Assembly: GCF_000150275.1 (NCBI RefSeq)
Contig: NW_002060944.1
Location: forward strand, 4,716,123 to 4,780,122
Length of the DNA: 64,000 nt
Source: Trichoplax adhaerens
Lineage: Eukaryota > Animalia > Placozoa
Direction of reading: 5' to 3'
Shown here: piece by piece, positions 59,699 through 64,000 of the stretch
Layout of the letters: each line of letters opens with the position of its first letter
How positions within the stretch are numbered: position 1 is the stretch's first letter
The notes under the pieces: model-generated
What the model was told of the DNA's origin: nothing
Databases searched by the model: none
What the model saw: the letters and a program-made list of their open reading frames with translations, nothing else
Position numbers and translations under genes: made by a program

Positions 59699-62600
59699 TT
59701 AGTAATAAGCTCCACCTAATGACAGTGGCGGTCTTTTTTGACGATTAAAACTGGATGTTCTAGAATGACTTCCGCCTTGATTTTGGAAACCAATAGGGAA
59801 TGGTTGCTGATATATGTCCTGGGGCTTAGTATTAGTTTCATTCTATGAAAACGAGTATGACATTCTATTTACTATACATTCTCATTATGAAATAAACTTA
59901 GCATATAACTTAATAACATTTGTGATGTCTGTACCTGATATTCAGATTGTCTGGGCGTCGATTGCACCGAGTCGCTCACCCTAGAGTATTTTTACGGTGA
60001 AAGTACCCGCATAACACTATTAGTTATAAACTAATGCAAATAGAACCAGTAGATAATAGCTGCATATCTTACCCGGTATCGGATGCAGAAAATCCAAGAT
60101 CGCTAACGTTACTCTCCGTGCCATAGGAAGAGGTTAAATCATGAGAATATCTATTTTGCATATCCGGAAGATTTGAACTGAACGGCTGAGATGTAGACAT
60201 ATTTGCAGCAGCATATCCACCAAGTCTACCTTGGGCATATGAATCGTGTGTTCCAGTATGTGCTGTAACATCAACACCTTGAATGAGAACATAAATAGAT
60301 TTTACATTGAAAGTATCGTTGAAAGCTTGATAACGCTTGAATGTTACCTTGTTGCGAACTATCATACAATTGACCCGATGGATCTTGTGCAATATTCCTG
60401 TTTTGGTTACCTATGAGATGATGCAGTCGCTTACTTAAATTAAAGTTCAATAACAAAAATCATATAACTAGATTTTCATATTTTATTATATACCATGCAC
60501 ATTGGATTCGTACGGTTCTTGGCGATTCATTGCTTGCTGCCTATTTTCACGATTAGATCGCATTTCTGCAGTTTGATATCTTCCATGGTCATTGTCAGAG
60601 TGTTCTTGCAACCCTTCATTAGAGTTATTATTATTACTTGAACTCGTAAATGGATCTGATACGTCATCTTGATCTTAAAAAAGTTCATTCCAAATTACGA
60701 GCCTTAAAATAAAAATACATACACGTACATCTATGGTAGCTTAAAATCTACATCATGCGTTTGAACATACTAGCTGTTGGAACGAAAAATTGTCCTGTTG
60801 CTTTAGCTGGAGTTGTATTATTTTGTACAGGATTGAGGAAGTTTGGAGGAAGAATTGTCTTTTGGCCTGAGGTTGTTTCACTTTTTTTTCCGCCGAAAAC
60901 ATCGACATATTGGCTTCGACCACCTGATGATCAATGGATGAAGTCAATAGCGTCCAATTGAAGAGGTTATGAGTTAACAATCTTAATTTCGTATACACAG
61001 TAAGGCTAAAAAATTTACCCATTTTCCCACCGCGCCCTTTAAAGATAGAATAACTGTTAGTAGCTGAAGCCCCGGCAGTGGATGTTGTCGTAGATTCCTG
61101 TTGCTGGGAAAGCGGTTGCATAGGATTGTTTGCAGAATTATTCATCGGCTGCTGATATGTTGGGATGCCTACGTCAACAGTTGGTCGATAATTAGCTATT
61201 TTTTATACATAGATTGCATTGAGTACGTGATTGTAAAATGTTGCAAATACTCACTAGGTTGAGCTGTGGAAGGCTTGGTTAATTGTGTATCTGATGGGGG
61301 CGGAGCAGCAGCTTTTGTTGTCTTATACGTCCAAATAATTAACAATCATCAAATTATAATCTAGCCTAACTAACTGCAGATAAAGGCTACTGTAATTCTA
61401 AGTCGCAGTTTTTTCTTACCTCTTCTGGATTATCGTTATCAACCCACTTTTTTAAATTTTCATCATAGTAAATCTGTTAACATGTAAAAATAGCGCATAG
61501 ATAAAAATTTAACTAACAAGATCTAATCGTAGCAAAACGTCATAATATTAATGCTCGAAAACATACAGTTGGCTTTCTGTCATCGGGCAAATGCATTTCA
61601 TTTTTTCCTCTAAAGATCATACTACTGACGGTAGATAACCAACCCTTTGATAGCAACAATTACGAAAAGTCATTGATTCCATATTAGAATAAGACTTTAG
61701 CAATTGAAATGTTTAATGCAAACCTTTTGCTTAACTTTCCTTCCAGGTGTTTTAGCCGGTGAATCTTGACTCTTTTTGGCCATATCTTTTTATATGAAAG
61801 ATATATATATATATATATACTAGGTTAGCGATTTTTAATATACCTATTGCTATAAGTAGTAATTATTACGCTACCATCACTTGGTGCTTTCACTGTGTCC
61901 CTATTGGGTTGAAACTTATCGACGATATTAGGACCTTGTTGATTTTCCTAACATTAAAAATAAATTTCTTTAAATAACAGCTGTTAATTCTTCTAATTCT
62001 AACTATATGATGCAGTATTAATTGATATATCTCTACTTCTGGCTTATAGGTATTTGCACGGGGAACTGTGGTCTTGCTGCTAGCAGGTTCATACATTGCA
62101 GCGCTGTTGCCCGCAGGTTCATATATTGGATTTAATGGGATATTTCCACCAGTAGGTTGGCTTTGTGAAGTACTATTGGGATTATAAAATAATTTAGGAC
62201 TGTCTTGTCTTTGATGACTGGTTGGAATTGTTGGGCTGTACAATCCAGGCTTATTTTCAGGTTGTGCACGGTTATACAATCCAGAATTATTTTCAGATTG
62301 TGTCGGGGTATATAATCCAGGTTTGTTTTCATGTTGCCTATTAATTTCTGATTCATCAAAGGTAAACTGATGAACAGATTTATTTGATTCAGCTGGTGTG
62401 TGCACAAGAGACAGATTGCCGCCTCCAGAATAAGATTGTATGGGTGAAGCTGGATTTTGATACGTGTAGTCATCCTCCACTTTTGGAGCTATCACATCAT
62501 TGTTATCTGTTGATGTACTGTTATTAAAACGATATAAATTATTATTATAGTCAAGGTCGGTCAATGAGTGAAGATTAGCTAGCCATTCCGGTTCATCTTC

Positions 62601-63936
62601 GTCTTCATTGCCACTATCTTCAGGATTGAAATATGTAGCACGAGAAGCGAAATTTGCTACACATTTAATAAATGATTTAGAATATAGTTTTGGATTAGAA
62701 TGAATAGTGTAAGCCAAGGATTCTAAGTACTGTAAGGCCTCGTCCTTCCCGCCAAGCTCGCTTAAAAGTGCTGCGTACATAAATTTATACGGCTGAAATT
62801 TTGGGAATGCGTCACCAGGTCTTTGTAACGAGCGAATATACTCACATATTTCAGTACGATGAATATCGACAATATCTAAATACTGTAATGATTTACTTGC
62901 AGAATTTTGACCAACTAATATAAAGTCCTTTTTTTCACTATCAAAACGGCCAGGGATTACTCCTGCAATCAGGTAACATAACTGTCCAGCGAATATATCA
63001 CCATTTTGCATCAACTGATTTCCAAGAGAAATTATATTGTCTTTATCAAACTTCGAATTAGATGTTGTATTAGACAATAACATTGCCAAATGCGATTTCC
63101 AATTTGTATTTATGGTACGTTTATTAGTTATGGCTGTTGGTAGTTGACCATCTAATACTTGGTATAGTGTTAGTAAAGTATCTCCTTCCATCATCGACAG
63201 AAAGAACTTGTTAATAACCATTTTGTACATTCGAGAATCTAATCTATTGGATAATATCATAGCATGGCCCCATAAACCATTACCGATTGCAATTTCTAAC
63301 GCTTCCCTTTTTTTCCCTTGTAATAGTAATTGCCTAAATTCTTTTTCAATAGCTTGCATATTAAATGAAACTTGCGGAGAACTTTCTAGTTCTGCTTCAT
63401 CGTGGCACTCAGATTCGAAATCATCATTAGTGGCCAATTTATTACTACTTTCATTACATAACTGCTCATCGTTTAACAGTAGTTCAGAAATATCAGTATT
63501 TAGTATTGTTCCATTTTGGCGAATTCCCATCAGTAGATACTTCCACAGTAAACGCGATGACGATGTTTCCATTCTATCAGTCGTATTAGCAATTTTAGTC
63601 TCAATATAACTTATTATATCACGTTTGTGTGTATCGTCACACATTAGAGGCCCAGGAAAATCTTTGATATCATGCTGCAGCTTCTGTTCCGATACGCTAT
63701 TCTGAAATTAGTATATAGAGTGACGTAATGATAGGTATCAGTATTTCCTTAAATTTCTAATATGAATATGTATAATAGGTATAATAGTGAACGCATTCTA
63801 AGGCTTACCTGTAGCTGAGATATAGTTACCATGTTAGGGTTACTGGCTGAGGTCATAACCACTACCCCACCAAAGCTAAAATTACATCTAACATGAGGTG
63901 CAACGTATAACGGTGGAGGTTTCTGATCTTCTTCAT
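59699..63936 (-). CDS. SEC16: SEC16 (ER exit site scaffold), 5'-partial; gene continues beyond the window end
   Basis: Exons include 63809-63936 (PHVRCNFSFGG), 62037-63701 (FPGPL; central conserved domain LLWKYL..RQNG..DISELLL, FRQLLLQGKKREALEIA..GLWGHAMIL, WKSHLAMLLSN, FQPYKFMYA..LSELG), 61875-61947, 61724-61785, 61567-61644 and 61420-61473 (GW..KNEMHLPDDRKPT/IYYDENLKKWVD), 61255-61321, 61019-61195, 60771-60923 (GRSQYVDVF). Further small exons were not all delimited; the last exon ends GGAYY* with TAA at 59699-59701. Confidence 0.92.
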
Positions 63937-64000
63937 CTATATGTTGTAGTAGTGAGTTTTATTAAGCGAATTATTTCAATTGTTTCCTCAGTAATGATAA

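Noticed and set aside
62132-63609. ORFs 62132-62473 (-) and 63208-63609 (+)
   Set aside because: Alternative-frame and antisense shadows of the SEC16 large exon.

Overview
Eukaryotic, AT-rich (about one third GC by eye), intron-dense animal DNA. Short GT-AG introns and the gene content suggest a compact basal-metazoan genome such as a placozoan; this is inference and was not verified. Spliced by hand, the window holds five protein-coding loci. (1) A 28-exon choline-transporter-like SLC44/CTL gene (+, 14959-21317) with a probable U12 minor-spliceosome intron. (2) A 20-exon ninein-like EF-hand/coiled-coil gene (-, 22468-32756, ~1504 aa). (3) A 5-exon tandem paralog 11 kb upstream of it (-, 43936-45898, 223 aa) that encodes only the ninein EF-hand head and stops before the coiled coil. 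(4) A 17-exon heme/PLP cystathionine beta-synthase (+, 52868-57086) with unusual active-site substitutions. (5) The 3' part of SEC16 (-, 59699 to beyond the window). Non-coding DNA contains a young ~170-bp tandem array with an embedded MITE-like inverted-repeat element (6731-8308), a second MITE (58079-58189), a dispersed short CCATGGACTACTA..TAGTAGTCCATGG hairpin family, several degenerate 110-250-bp tandem duplications and an apparent excess of TACAGTA/TACTGTA motifs resembling Tc1/mariner excision footprints. No rRNA, tRNA or CRISPR array is supported. Most short ORFs in the supplied track are exon read-throughs or noise.
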